Counted from the first letter of the stretch, positions 1-13,210 are shown. The stretch is 64,000 nucleotides of DNA from a virus (IMGVR_UViG_3300028048_000050:83494-147493); one strand, 5' to 3'. A program made the numbers and translations. Notes: generated by a model from the sequence alone, not told the origin.

Positions 1-1
1 A

Positions 2-307
2 GTAACACCTGAATATTATTTCTAGACTTGTCACCTTAGAAAATGTTATATAAGTATTTGTTAGTAGATATTCGATTAGGTTCATTCTTTGGATTGTAAT
101 AAACCTCCTTTCGACCAAAATTTAACATATAAGAGAGATTTATTGTTAGCTGCTATTAATGTTTTAGAATACATGGCTGAAAGAGATTAGTTTAAAGAAG
201 CAGAACTACTTTTAGAAAGAATTATGGAATGTAATGGACTTTGTAATATTCAATGTAACAAGATTCATAAACATTCTGCTAAACCTTGTAATTGTGGATG
301 CTCATGA
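2..307 (+). CDS. 5'-truncated hypothetical protein, Cys-rich C-terminus (...HSAKPCNCGCS)
   Basis: Frame 2 is open from the window start with TAG read as Gln. It ends TGA 305-307, overlapping the next ATG (ATGA). Confidence 0.75.
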
Positions 308-858
308 ACAGATGTGGTTGTAATCCTGTTCCCGAACCTTTTGAATATACTATAAGAGAAAATTTAGGAAAGAAAATAAGAGGAGATTTTAAGGAATTGT
401 TTCCTATAGAAATCGATCTTGACGAATTAAAGGAAAAATTAATTTGTGAATTTGAGGAAATTCTAGATAAATTAGAGTGTGGATTACATCCAGATTTAGA
501 GTTTCTTTTACAAGATATTTCCTGGATTTATATAAAAGAAAAAATATTTGAAAATAATGCAATATATATTCCTCCTGCCAACTATATCGGATTTGCTGAT
601 GAAAATATAAATGAATTAGATTTAAATTCATTAACAGTCAGATATCAAGAGGATATAAAAATGACGGAGATTATAAAAAACAAAGTATGGGGATACCATT
701 TATGGATAGTTTCTCCATACGCTTTACACAAAGTAGCTACCGATGAAAATTTTACTTTTGAAGTTAAGATGAATCCAGTAGCATACAAAAATGGATTGCA
801 TTATTATAGAAGTAATTCTAAGGTAGATATTTGTAATTTAACTTATTATATTAAATGA
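304..858 (+). CDS. hypothetical protein, 184 aa (MNRCGCNPVPEPF...)
   Basis: ORF track 292..858. ATG at 304 overlaps the upstream TGA, so it is the more likely start. No TAG. Confidence 0.8.
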   Translation: MNRCGCNPVPEPFEYTIRENLGKKIRGDFKELFPIEIDLDELKEKLICEFEEILDKLECGLHPDLEFLLQDISWIYIKEKIFENNAIYIPPANYIGFADENINELDLNSLTVRYQEDIKMTEIIKNKVWGYHLWIVSPYALHKVATDENFTFEVKMNPVAYKNGLHYYRSNSKVDICNLTYYIK

Positions 859-865
859 TACTACT

Positions 866-1540
866 ATGGATTTTATAAATATAATAGGTACATTATTTGA
901 CAATTCTATTGAGCACGTAGTTGCACTAGCTCATTAGATAAAAGATTTAAGATTAAATAGAAATCAACAAGATATAAACGAAGACATTTATAAAAATGTC
1001 TAGGAATTGAGAGAAGAAGATGAAAGAATAAACGGCAGAATAGATAGAGTTGATAATGAAATAGAAAATATTCATTAGAATATAAGTTCTATAGAAGAAA
1101 ATATAACTCAAATAAATGAAAAGGATGCCGAACAAGATGCTATAGATAATGAAATAAAAGAAAAACTTCAGGAATTAGATGAAGTAAACGAAAGAACAGA
1201 TGAAAGATTAAAGTTTATTGAGGAAGGAAATCTTAATACAAAAGAAAAGTATACTCATAAACTAATAACTAAGAGTAGTTATCATAATCTTGACCAATAT
1301 GATAGAAATACTCTTTACTTAATTGTAAACAGTTTCAACGACGATACATCTGTCTTTGGAGATCAATTCCCACTTATTCTTGGTGGTGAAACAGAACCTT
1401 CTAGATTTGGAGATCAATTCCCATTTGTACTAGACGGAGATAATTCAAAACCTTCTAAATTTGGAGACCCATTCCCATTCATACTTGATGGTATAATCTA
1501 CTTCAAATTTGGAGATAAATTTCCTTTTATACTTAAATAA
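866..1540 (+). CDS. coiled-coil protein with 4 C-terminal FGDxFP(F/L)(I/V)L repeats, 224 aa
   Basis: ATG 866, TAA 1538-1540, 3 internal TAG. Heptad-like middle region, a 'YHNLDQYDRNTLYLI' motif, then FGDQFPLIL/FGDQFPFVL/FGDPFPFIL/FGDKFPFIL. Confidence 0.8.
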
Positions 1541-1545
1541 TAAAT

Positions 1546-3720
1546 ATGAATAAATTAAATTTTTAGAGTAAGAGCACTGGAGATACTCTTGAAGCTAATG
1601 AATGGAATCAGGTAGTAAGTAAAGTAGACGAATTAGTAGAATCCGTAAATGATATTAATATCAGTGGAGGTGGTTCGGGTTCTGGCTCAGGTTCAGGTGA
1701 CGATTCGGGAAGTGGTTCTGGAAGCGGCTCTGGAAGTGGCTCTGGAAGTGGAGATCAAACACCTATTGATACTTCTGGTACTATATCTGTAAGTGCAAAA
1801 GGTAATGTTACTATAGGAAGTACAAAAAATATAAATTTAGAACCAGCTTGGAGTGAAAATGCTTCAGGATATACTGGTAATTATGGTGATATTGCTTTAA
1901 AATCTGGTGATGATATTCAATTCTGTTCACACCATAGAGAACCAAAGAAACGTGATAAGGTTGTTATCAAAAACATCGACGGTTCTGATAACCCAGTAAA
2001 ATTACAAGTTGTAGCAGGTGAAGTTGATTTAGCTGTAGGTACTAAAAATAATCCTAAGACAGCTACAAGAAAAAAGAACAACACTACAGGTGAAGACATT
2101 AGTAATCAAGCTTTATTTAAAGCTGACGATGCTAAAGTATTAGATGTAAGAATTCTTACTGGTAATGTTCTTCAAGAAGGTACTGCTAATGAAAGAGATG
2201 AAAGAGGTTATTTAAAAGTACGTGCTCAAGCTATTGATCTTCGTTGTGAAAAACATGGTGGTATTGCTTTACAACCTAAAGGTTATGACAATGAAGGTAA
2301 TATGAATAAGATTAAGTTCGAACACGGTGGTGGTGATGGACTTGAATTCGGTACTTTCAATGCTGAAAAGACTTCTATCTTTACAGATGAATATCGTTTC
2401 AAGAAAGACGGTATCTGGAAGATGTCTACTCGTGAAACTGAGGAATCAGGAAAAACTATTATAGATGAAAAAGAAGGTGACCTCGGCACTTTAACTCCAA
2501 CAGGAGCTTATAAGTATAAGAAGAATAATGAAACTAATAATGCTGCTAAAGCTGCTGCTGATTTAAAAACTTATGAACCAGCTGATGATTTCTATGATTT
2601 CATCGATGAAGAAGATGAACAAACTACAACTAAAGCTATTATTAAAACTGCTGCAGCTTTAAATAATGACTTTATTGAAACTTCATTATCTGCTAAGAAG
2701 AACTTAAAGATTTCTGCTATTAGCACTTATAAGATTATAGAATACGAAGGAGTAGCTGCAGGCGATGAACAAATCTTTGTAGTAGAAGATAAAACTAAGA
2801 GCTATACAAAGGATGAATTAAAACTTATTCTTTCTGGTGATGTTAAACTTAGTGAATATATTGATACTAAACTTCCATTCAAGATTGATGGTGATGAAGG
2901 TACATATAGATTAAGTGGTGATATTACTCCTAAAGTTGCTCTTGAAGCTGAAGAAGAAGTAGATATTGATGCTAAGTACGGAGATGTAGTTTTAACTTCT
3001 GGTGATACAATTAAGATGGAAGCTCCTGAAATCCGTCTTAATGCTATAAATGCAGATAAGACTGGTGGTATTGTAAACTTTGGTGCAACCCAAGATGTAA
3101 TGTTTATTAATAGTAAACTTACTAAAGGTCTTAAAGTTGAAGCTTCTGCTAATCCTACTAAGATTAAACAAGTTCTTCAAAATAATACAATAGATACAGT
3201 ATACTGGGATGAAACTAATAGTATCTTCAGAGTTCCTATGAAGAAAGTTTATGCTGATGCTGAACATACTATTGAAATTACTCCAAGTAATTATTCTACT
3301 TATAAAGAGCAACCAGCATACTTTGCAGATGGCTCATTAATTCCTGCTGATTATACTTGCTTCATTGGAGTTACAGAAGAAAATGATGGTACATATACTA
3401 CTAACATCTATAAAGTAAGTACTAAAGGTAGTTCAGCTGTTCTAAGTAAGAACATTAAAGGTCCTGTAGGTCAATATACAAGTAGCACTGAAGGTGTTCT
3501 TGGTTCTAGAGTAGCTTTAGGAACTTCTGATGAACTTACTACATTAGAATTTGAATTCCCAGAATATACTGGTGGAGCTAGTGTATCTGCAGTATTACCT
3601 GAAGAATTTGTAACTGTAGCTGAGGTACAATTATCTGATGTTATAGATATTATATCTGAACTTAAAACAATGAAAACTAATAATCAAGGACCTTGGGCAC
3701 CTGCTGAACCAGGATTATAA
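1546..3720 (+). CDS. putative virion fibre/structural protein with GS-rich linker, 724 aa
   Basis: ATG 1546, a single TAG at codon 7 (1564-1566), then open into ORF 2302..3720. N-terminal 'KSTGDTLEANEWNQVVSKVDEL'. Codon bias typical of highly expressed genes (GGT, GCT, CGT, TTC, AAG). Confidence 0.85.
1669..1752 (+). repeat. Gly-Ser low-complexity linker with 12-nt tandem unit ggaagtggc/ttct
   Basis: Encodes GGGSGSGSGSGDDSGSGSGSGSGSGSGSG. Confidence 0.85.
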
Positions 3721-3766
3721 TTAATAAAGTCCTATGATTAAATAGAAAACTAATAATATCGACGCT

Positions 3767-3970
3767 ATGCGTGTAAACGGCCTTGAAATCTTGGCCGTTT
3801 ATATGCGTGGTCGATTAATTTGGTATCCTACCAAAGATAAAGAAAACGACAATCCTCAAGAGGATGACGACGAAGATGACATTATTTTATCTTGTTTTTA
3901 CAATGGATATTGGATAGACGAATATCCTTGGACAGATGAAACACCTTGGACTGATTTTAGTAAAGAATAA
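3767..3970 (+). CDS. small hypothetical fibre-associated protein, 67 aa
   Basis: ORF track. N-terminal 'ILAVYMRGRLIW', acidic stretch, C-terminal 'GYWIDEYPWTDETPW'. The TAA overlaps the next ATG (TAATG). Confidence 0.75.
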   Translation: MRVNGLEILAVYMRGRLIWYPTKDKENDNPQEDDDEDDIILSCFYNGYWIDEYPWTDETPWTDFSKE

Positions 3971-6900
3971 TGGACACATTTAATAGTTATATAGATGAAT
4001 ATGTTGATTGGGTTACTGGTGAGGACACATCATCATAGGAACAAGAATAGAAATTAAGAGTATCTTCTACAGGAGGTCTTCCAGTATCAGGAAAATATAT
4101 TCGTGAGTTGATACAATCTAAATTAAAGAAACCCTTTGTTTATTACGAAGATGTAAAAGCTGGTCTTTACAGATTATTTAGTAGTGAATCTGCTCGCGAT
4201 AGATGGATTAGAATGAATACCGAAGGTAGCTCTGATTATGATCCTGATGGCTCTGCTAAATTAGAATTATTTAGTTTTGTTAGACCAAGTGATGTTACAA
4301 TGACTTACCAAGGATTAGACCCTAATCCAAAATATGTAGTAAATGGTAATACAACATCAAGTGCTACACAATTACAATTTAATGTTTACTTATCCAAAGA
4401 ATCTGGTGGTGGTACAGTTTATGAAAGTGATTCTTTCACTGTTACTTATAAAATCACTGATTCCTATGGAGTTGAACACGTATCTGTAGAAGAAAAAGAT
4501 TCAACTTTCTTAAATTCAACTAAGAAAGTAACTAAAAATATATACTAGTATCTTACAGTTGGATAGAATACTGTGAATATAGTAATGAAAGCTAGAAACT
4601 CTAGTGCTCAAAATTCTGTTACATTCCCAGTATATTTAATGGACTTTATATTAGAAAGTTCTTTTGATTATTCAGCTCACTGGAACCCAGAACAAACAAT
4701 AACAGTTCCAGTAAGTATTAGAAGAAGTGATACAAGTCTTACTTTAACTGTAGATATATATGTTGATAGAACTTCAAGTTCTCCTGGTGTTCATGCAGGA
4801 ACTTGGACAGTTAATAGTATGGAAAGTAATCCTACTAAAACATTTTATTTAGATAATAATTATGCTGCAAACCAATCTTCAAGCGATCATATAAAACACA
4901 CTCTTACTATTATGGCTAGTCTCCATAATTCTGAAACTGGAGAATATCATTATAGTAATGTTTTATTCTATGATTTTATAGTAGCTTCTGATACTATAGG
5001 TATAGTAAATAAGTTTATTACCACTGGTTATACTCTTCCATATGACCAAATTAATATGGATTCTCAAACTAATAGAGTATATATCACAGGAATCCAATAT
5101 GAACCCATATCTTTAGATTGGGCATATTATACTGATAGAGATACTACAGGACAAAATGTTGATGTATAGTGGGCTATTAGAACTACTTCAAATAACGAAA
5201 CTACTTATACTCCTATAACAACATTAGACGGTTCTAACTATAATAAAGGAGAAACTCTTAAATTTATTCCTGATTTCTAGACTGACACTAATCCTAATAC
5301 GTTCTTAGTAGCTTTAATTGGAGGTCAAGAAGTAGAAGTTTATCCTTTAGATATAGCTACAAGTACTTTATCTATTTCTGAAACTGGTGGTTATAATTTA
5401 AAATTATCTGCTTATGGTAAAACAAATTCTTCACCAGATAAAGATGTTTGGAAAGATAGAACTAATAATATAACTACTACCTTTACAAATATTATATTTG
5501 ACGAAAACTCTGGTTGGAGTAATAATAGTTTTATAACTTCTGGAGAAGGTCAATATATTACAATTAATTATTGTCCTCTTCCAGGTGATTATAATTTAGC
5601 TGGAAAAGGTAAAACTATAGAAGTAGACTTTATGCCTGAAAAGGTATCTAATGATGGTGATACTCTTATAACTATAGGCGATACTAGTAAAGGTTATATT
5701 AAAATTACTACTAACGAAGCAGCAGTATATAGTGGAACAAGTAAAATTGTTCATACTAACTATAAAGCTAATGAAAGAATAAAATTAGCATTTATATTTA
5801 ATCCTGTTACAGCAGGCTCTGTTGATTCTAACTTGGTATTTATAGTAAATAATGGTATATTAGAAAGAGCTGCACAATATGGTACAGCAGCTTCTTATTT
5901 ATCAAGTTATGGAAATATAAAGATTGGAGATAGTGAAAGTGGAGTTAGAGTATATAACATAAGAGGTTATGATAAAGCTTTATCATATGATGAAGCATTA
6001 AGTAATTATACTTATGATAGTGATAATAAAGCTGTTGTAATCAATAGAAATGACATCTTTACTAGTAGTATTATTGACTATACTAAAGTTAAAAATAAAA
6101 TTGATACAGTTGTTATTAGTGGAAATCTTGATGCACTTTTAGCACAAGAAACTCTTAAAGATGATTCTACCACAACTGTAAATATTAAACGTGAATGTAT
6201 TACGGACGCTTCTAAATCATTTGAAGTAATTAACGGAATGATTAGAAAGCATGGTCAGTCTACTCTTAACTATCCTATTACTTCTTTGAAAATATGGCTT
6301 AATAAAGGTAAAGAAGAAGATAATGTTACAACAACATTAACTTTATCAGACGTTCAAAGAGCTGAAGGATTAAATAAGAATAGATATATAATGAAAACTG
6401 GAGCTATACCAGCAAATAAGTTCGTATTACAAGCTAACTATGCTGACTCATCAGGTGTTCATAATGGTGGATTACTTAGACTTATACAAAATACTTGGTA
6501 TAATGCTACTGACGATAGAGGAAGACATATTCTTAGAACTGCTCCTCAATTATTTGCTACAGGAGAAATCTTAGTTCACGATGATGATGAATTACATGAA
6601 GATGGAACTTGGAAAGAAGGAACAGGTGTTGGAGTAGCAACAGGAAAAACTTGGACTGATATTTCTTCAAGACCATTCCCCTATGTTATAAGAAACGCTC
6701 CAGATTCATTCCCTTGTGCAGTATTCTATAAGAATGGTCCAGATGATGGATACCACTTCTTAGGTCAATATGTATTTATGGATGATAAAAAGTCCGATTA
6801 TACTTATGGAGAAAGAAGTATTTATCATTATGGAACTGATAATGATCCTTTTGTATTAAGAACTGAAAATACTAAAAATGGACCTAACGGAAAATAGGAC

Positions 6901-9900
6901 ATAGCAGAAAATTGTGTATGGGATAACGGAGATGTATTACGTATAGAAATAGTACTTCCAAATACTAGGTTAACTAGTTACATGGATTTCAATGTTACTG
7001 ATACTAATAATAGAACTCACGTATGTACAGATATTAAATATGATGAAAAAGGAAATCCAACTCAATATTATTGGGAAGATTACTTTGAAATGATTTATCC
7101 TGATACTGATGATGTTGCTGAGGACGACGCTAAAAAAGGTTTAACTAAATTTAGTCCTACTTCTAAGTTTGTTAAGAAAGCAACTCCATTTATTAATTTC
7201 TTAAAATGGATTACTGATTGTAAAAACAATTATAATAAAACAACCGATTGGTGGCGCGCTGGAACATATGTTTCTACACAAGCTGCTTTTGAAGCTACTG
7301 CACACAAACACTTAGATTTATATAAGGTAGCAGCTTATTATATTTTCTTCTTAAGATTTGGACTTATTGACTCTGTTGAACGTAATGCTCAATTAAAAAC
7401 ATATGATGGACAACACTGGCATTATGAACCTTGGGATATGGATATTGCTCTTGGTAATAACAACCAAGGTAACCTTATCTTTGATCCTCCAATGACTAGA
7501 AATTCTCTAGAACCTGGTACAACTACATACGCTTTCTCAGGTAGAAGTACAACAACATCTAATGTTCTTTGGGATTGTCTGGAAGCTTGGACATATTGGG
7601 CAGAAACAGTAGTTCCTGCTGTAGCTAGAGCATTATATGGTGCTGGATTAAATTATAATAATATTATCAATATGTTTGATAAGGAATATGCTGAAGCTTG
7701 GTCCGAATCAATGTATAATGAGTCTGGTCACTATAAATATATTGAAAATGGTGGTGCTGACTGGTATGCTTGGTTACAAGGTTCTCGTACTTCTCACCGT
7801 CACTGGTGGATATCTACATCAATGAACTATTATGATGCTAAATGGTCTTGTGGTTCATTTAATGAACATAGAATTCGTATATTTGCTGATAAAGCTATTA
7901 ACGAAATAGGAACTGATATTGTAACAATTAAACCTACTACTGATACATTCTTTAAGATTGCTCAACAGGAAGGTAGAACAAGTTTAGGTTTCTTATCTGC
8001 TACAAGATTACAACCTGCTGTATTTGATATTTCTACAGCCGCTTTCTCTGCTAAAGACCCTTCATATATTTATGGTGGTACTTTTATAGAAGAAATTGAT
8101 TTAAGTTGTTTTGCAGAAAAGTTTAAAGCCGCTGACTTATCACTATGTTATGATTCAGTGCTTGGTGCTCCTATTAAGAAACTTAATGTTGGTATTCCTT
8201 ATACAGTTATTTCTGAAACTGAATATGAAGGAAAAGTTTCTGGTACACAATTCCGTTTAACTGGATATGATACTGGTTCTAAACAAGATGCTTTTGCTAA
8301 TCTTCAAGTTTTAGATATAACAGGACAAGGAACTATTACTAATACTCAAGAATTATTAGAAACAAGAAATAGAAAGAGTCTTACCGATTTATATGCTATT
8401 GGTAGTGGTATTACTCAATTTATGAGTTCTACTTCTGGTAATAAGTTTAATACACTTAAATTACCTGGTAAAACTACAACTACTTATACTAATCAACCAT
8501 CTACAATTGTAACATTTAATACTCTTACAATGCACAACAGTTCTTGGAATACTATAGAATTCTGGGATACAGTAAAATCTGGTGAAGTTCAATATGTAAG
8601 AGATCACGATGGTGAAATAGTATTAGATGATGATAATCTTCCAATCCTTGTACCTAATGTATCCACATTTACTAAGTCTATAATTCCAGCTGAATTAACT
8701 ACAGTTCAATATACTGGTAGTACAGCTAGAAATGAATGTGCAGGACAATTCTTATTAGATTGGATTGATTCTATTGATGCTAGTTTACCTGTTGGACATA
8801 CTGAAGAAGATTTATATGCAGCTTTACATAATAAAGTATTTGAAGCAGAAAATGTAAACTGGGGTGTTCCAGGACAAACATTAACTATTTCATATAATGA
8901 TTTAGCTAGAATTGCTCAATTCAATGAAGGAAATAATTCTGGTGGTAAGATAAAAGGTTATGTAATGCTTTCTGACCAAAATGAGTTAACTTCAGTTCAA
9001 GTAAGTAATATTATTCAATGGTTTGGTCCACAAGCTTTCTCTAAGAACGCTAGAAATAGCTCCTTAGTAGTTGACCAAAATTTAACTTATGTTAGATTAA
9101 CTAGCTTTGGAACTACTATTATAGATAACGAAATTTGTCTTGAAGAAGGTAATACAGCTCAAATATTAGCTACTAAATTCTTATTATCTGAAGACTCTCA
9201 ATTAGACTATGAATGGTCTGTTGCAGTAGGACAAAATCAAGATAGTTATGGAGTACATAACGTAAACTCAGTAACATTAAGAACTGGTGATGATGGTATT
9301 CCTTACATAGTAGCTGAAAAGAATGGTACTTATGGAGATTATTATATTACTGTAACAGCTACACATGCTGGAATTAATTATAAGATAACCATTAAAATTA
9401 TAGGAGGTATTCTTCCTGAAGATATTCAGATTAATACTTATACAGTAAGTGGAAGTGATTGTAGAAGATTTTATGTGTGTCAAGAAATGGCTAATGCTTC
9501 AGCAATGTTTAGAAATTCTGTATATGACGAAAATAATAATAATGTTTTAAGAGACGGATTTGTATTACAAGAAGCCAATCAATAGATAGAATTTTATCCA
9601 ACCACAATTGATGGTTCTACACCTTCTAATATTACAATGTCTTTAGCTAGATACCAATTAACTGATATTATTACTACTTATACAGCTCATACAGCTTTAC
9701 AAGGAGAAGATGATACATTAGAAAATAGAGTTGGTGATGATTATATTTATTACACTAAATCTGCTACTCATAAAGGAATAGTTATTGGTGTAACACAAGC
9801 TCCAAATAGTCCTAGACTATATACATTAAAAATAAATGTAGTAGTAGGAGGAAAACAATTTACAAGAAACATTAATTTATTGGTTTATAATGATGCACAA

Positions 9901-10518
9901 GTAATGCATACATAGAATACCTCTATCGGTGTTCAAAACGTATTAAACGCTAATCATACTCTTTTATATGGTAATGCTATTAATCAATATTATAAATCCG
10001 ATTTATTAAGTCTTGCTGGAGCATTAGATTTCTCTGCTGAATACTAGTCTATAGGTACTATATTAACTAATAATGGAGATAGATTATTACAATATATACA
10101 AAATGTATCAGAATTAAACTTCAATAGTTGTTCTTCATTAGATCAAAGCTCTTTAGGAGTAATTACTTCAGGAGTAATTAGTGTAGTATCATTACCTACT
10201 TTAACAACATTAAAGTTAAATGGAGCTCCTATTACAAATGTATTAGATTTAACTAATTGTCCTAATATTGAAACACTAGATACTAGAAATAGTAGTGCTG
10301 GTATAATATTAGCTACAAGTAGTCCTATTACTAGTATATAGTTAGGTTCTCCTTCTAAAGTAGATATTAGAAATCCTAAGTATTTAGTTAAAAATAATGT
10401 AACTATTTAGAGTAGTGTAAATATAACTGATATATCTTTAATAAATGTTAATATTGGAGATGTTTCTACACCTGCTTCAGTACAGGGATTTGGAATATTT
10501 AATATTTTATATTCATGA
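3970..10518 (+). CDS. giant virion-associated protein with CotH-kinase-like domain and C-terminal LRRs, 2182 aa
   Basis: Five ORF-track fragments in the same frame, joined by about 11 TAG codons. TGA at 10516-10518. Motifs 'GLIDSVERN...WHYEPWDMDIALG' (CotH-like) and 'LTTLKLNGAPITNVLDLTNCPNIETLDTRNS' (LRR). Confidence 0.85.
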
Positions 10519-11876
10519 CAAATTTAACTATTGAACAAAGTACATCAGCTGTAGAAAATGTTAATGCAGCTGTAATAGAGAAGTTATATGCACTTGCTTT
10601 AAATAGTAATGTGCAAGATTCAAACAATATATTTTAGATGTAGCTATAGGGAAACATTACTGTTCCTGCTGCTTATGAAGATTCAGTATTATATTTAAGA
10701 TAGAAATTTCCTAATCTGACTATAACTGTTTAGGATAATAATTTTTATATAAGATTTGCTGATTCTGAAGTAGAAAGAGTTTTAATTGCTAATAATATAA
10801 GTTCCGATGGAGTAGGAGTTAGTAAAACAGACGCACAATCATTAAATACTCTTCCATTGAGGTTATTTAAAGATAATACTACAATATAGACATTTGATGA
10901 ATTAGGTCGATTTGGAAATATAGAAATAGATGGAGAATGTTTTAAACAAGCTACAAATTTGCGAAGTATAGATCTTACAAATGTTACTAGAATAAAAGGA
11001 TAGTGGAGTTTTTCAAAAACTTCTTCATTAACAATTAAATTAAATATGCCTAATTTAATTTCTTTAGGGGATTTTTCTTTTGAATATTCAGGAATTACAG
11101 AAATCGAGGATTTAGGACATATTACAGAGATTCCAGGATATAATGCTGCTTCCTTTCATAGCTGTACAAATTTAACAAAAGTAGTACTTCCCACTTCTTG
11201 TACTAAATTGGGAATAAATTGTTTTTCACGATGTATAAATTTAACAACTATTTATCCAACTGATAATCTTACTACTTTAGAACATTGTTGTTTAAGAACT
11301 TAGGGTGTAATATCTAGTATATTAAATTTTAAAAATGTAGTAAATATAGGTTATATATTTTGTTCTAGTGGATATCCAACAGGGGAAAATAGAACTATAT
11401 GTAAACAAATATATTTACCTAAAGTAGTTGATCCTACGGATAAAAATGGATATATAAATATGAGTAATAAATATTATCGTGGAGGATTATTTGGAGACAT
11501 ATCTACAGAAATATTATATCTTAGAGATATTCAACATTTTTATGGACCGAGTTTTCATAATAGTCAAATAACAAATTTAGTTATAAATAATATAACTCCT
11601 CCTACTATTCATTACACTCAAGACTATACTTATTAGGAATATTTAGATTGGAAGGCTAGTAAGGGTGGAAATTATACTGGAGCACCTGAAGATGTGTTTG
11701 TAGAATCTTCTATTACTAATATATATGTTCCAGATTCAGCAGTAAATACTTATAAAAATGCACAATATTGGTCAAGTGTTTCTAGTAAAATATATCCTTT
11801 AAGTTAGTTAGCGAAAGTTGCAACAGAAGCAGATCTTCAATCAGGATAGATAGCATTAATAGAAGAATATATGTGA
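10515..11876 (+). CDS. BspA-type leucine-rich-repeat (LRR_5) protein, 453 aa
   Basis: ATGA overlap with the upstream gene. 'YIRFADSEVERV...TFDELGRF', 'FHSCTNLTKVVLPTSCTKLGINCFSRCINLTTI' and 'IYVPDSAVNTYKNAQYWS' repeats. Includes ORF 11046..11303. Confidence 0.85.
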
Positions 11877-11886
11877 TAGATACTTT

Positions 11887-11920
11887 AAATTAGGCACTAA
11901 TAATTGGTGCCTAATTTTTT
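11887..11920 (+). terminator. rho-independent terminator
   Basis: aaattaggcac...gtgcctaattt stem followed by a T-run, directly after the stop at 11876. Confidence 0.8.
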
Positions 11921-11941
11921 ATAGAGATAATAATTTTTAAT

Positions 11942-13210
11942 ATGGATGAATTAAACTCTTTACGCAAAAAGAATGGAGAAACTCTTGATTGTAACGAATG
12001 GAATAAATTAGTTTCAGTCATAAATTATATTATAGAGTTTTATAATTAGTATCCTACAAAGTTATCAGAATTTGAGAATGATATTGTTGGTTAGTTTATT
12101 GGTCCAACTGGTCCAAAAGGGGATAAAGGTGATAAAGGAGATACTGGTCCACAAGGTCCTGCTGGATTAGATGGTACAGTAGCATTTGATGAACTAACTA
12201 GTGAATAGAGAGCAAGTCTTAAAGGTGAATAGGGTGAACAAGGTGTTCAAGGAGAAACTGGAGAATAGGGTCCAGCTGGTGCAGATGGTAATAACGGTAA
12301 ATCAGCATATGAATTAGCTGTAGAAAATGGTTTTGATGGAACTGTAGAACAATGGTTACAATCTTTAGTTGGAGCTATTGGTAAATCAGCATATGAATTA
12401 TATGTTGATAATACTTCTGATGATCCAGTATTAACATTGGAACAATGGTTAGCGTCATTACATGGCACTAATGGTATTAATGGACAAGATGGAACAGACG
12501 GTGTAACTCCTCATATTAACAATTCTACTAAACACTGGATGATTGGAGACGTTGATACAGGAATTGTAGCAGAAGGACAAGATGGATCTAATGGTACAAA
12601 CGGACAAGATGGTGTAACACCTCACATAGATTAGACTACAGGAAACTGGTTCGTAGGTTCTACTGATACAGGAGTTCAAGCTTAGGGTCCTGCTGGTAAT
12701 GATGGTTCTAATGGAACTAATGGTAACGATGGTGTTACTCCTCACATAGATTCTACTTCTAAACACTGGATTATAGGTTCTACAGATACTAATATAGTTG
12801 CTGAAGGTTAGAACGGTAATGATGGAGTAACTCCACATATAGACTCTGTTACAGGTAATTGGTTTATAGGATCTACAGACACTGGAATTCATGCTCAAGG
12901 ACCTGCAGGTCAAGACGGTGATGTAGCAGGACAAATACAAGCAGATTGGAATCAAACTGATAATACTCAAGTAAGTTTTATAAGAAATAAACCAACTATT
13001 CCTGCAGCACAGGTACAATCTGATTGGAATGAGTCTGACAATAGTTCATCAGCATATATTGCTAATAAACCTACACTATTTTCTGGTTCATATAATGATT
13101 TAAGTAATAAACCAACAATTCCAATTATATGGTCAGGTACTTAGGCTCAATATGATGCTATTACAACCCCAGATCCTAATACTATTTACATAATAACTTC
13201 TGCGTCATGA
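11942..13210 (+). CDS. collagen-like tail fibre protein, 422 aa
   Basis: Gly-X-Y triplets (GPTGPKGDKGDKGDTGPQG; GEQGEQGVQGETGEQGPAG with TAG=Q), 2x GKSAYE, 4x 'DGVTPHI....K/GNW.IG..DTG', and a C-terminal 'QSDWNE...NKPT...WSGTQAQYDAITTPDPNTIYII'. Confidence 0.9.
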
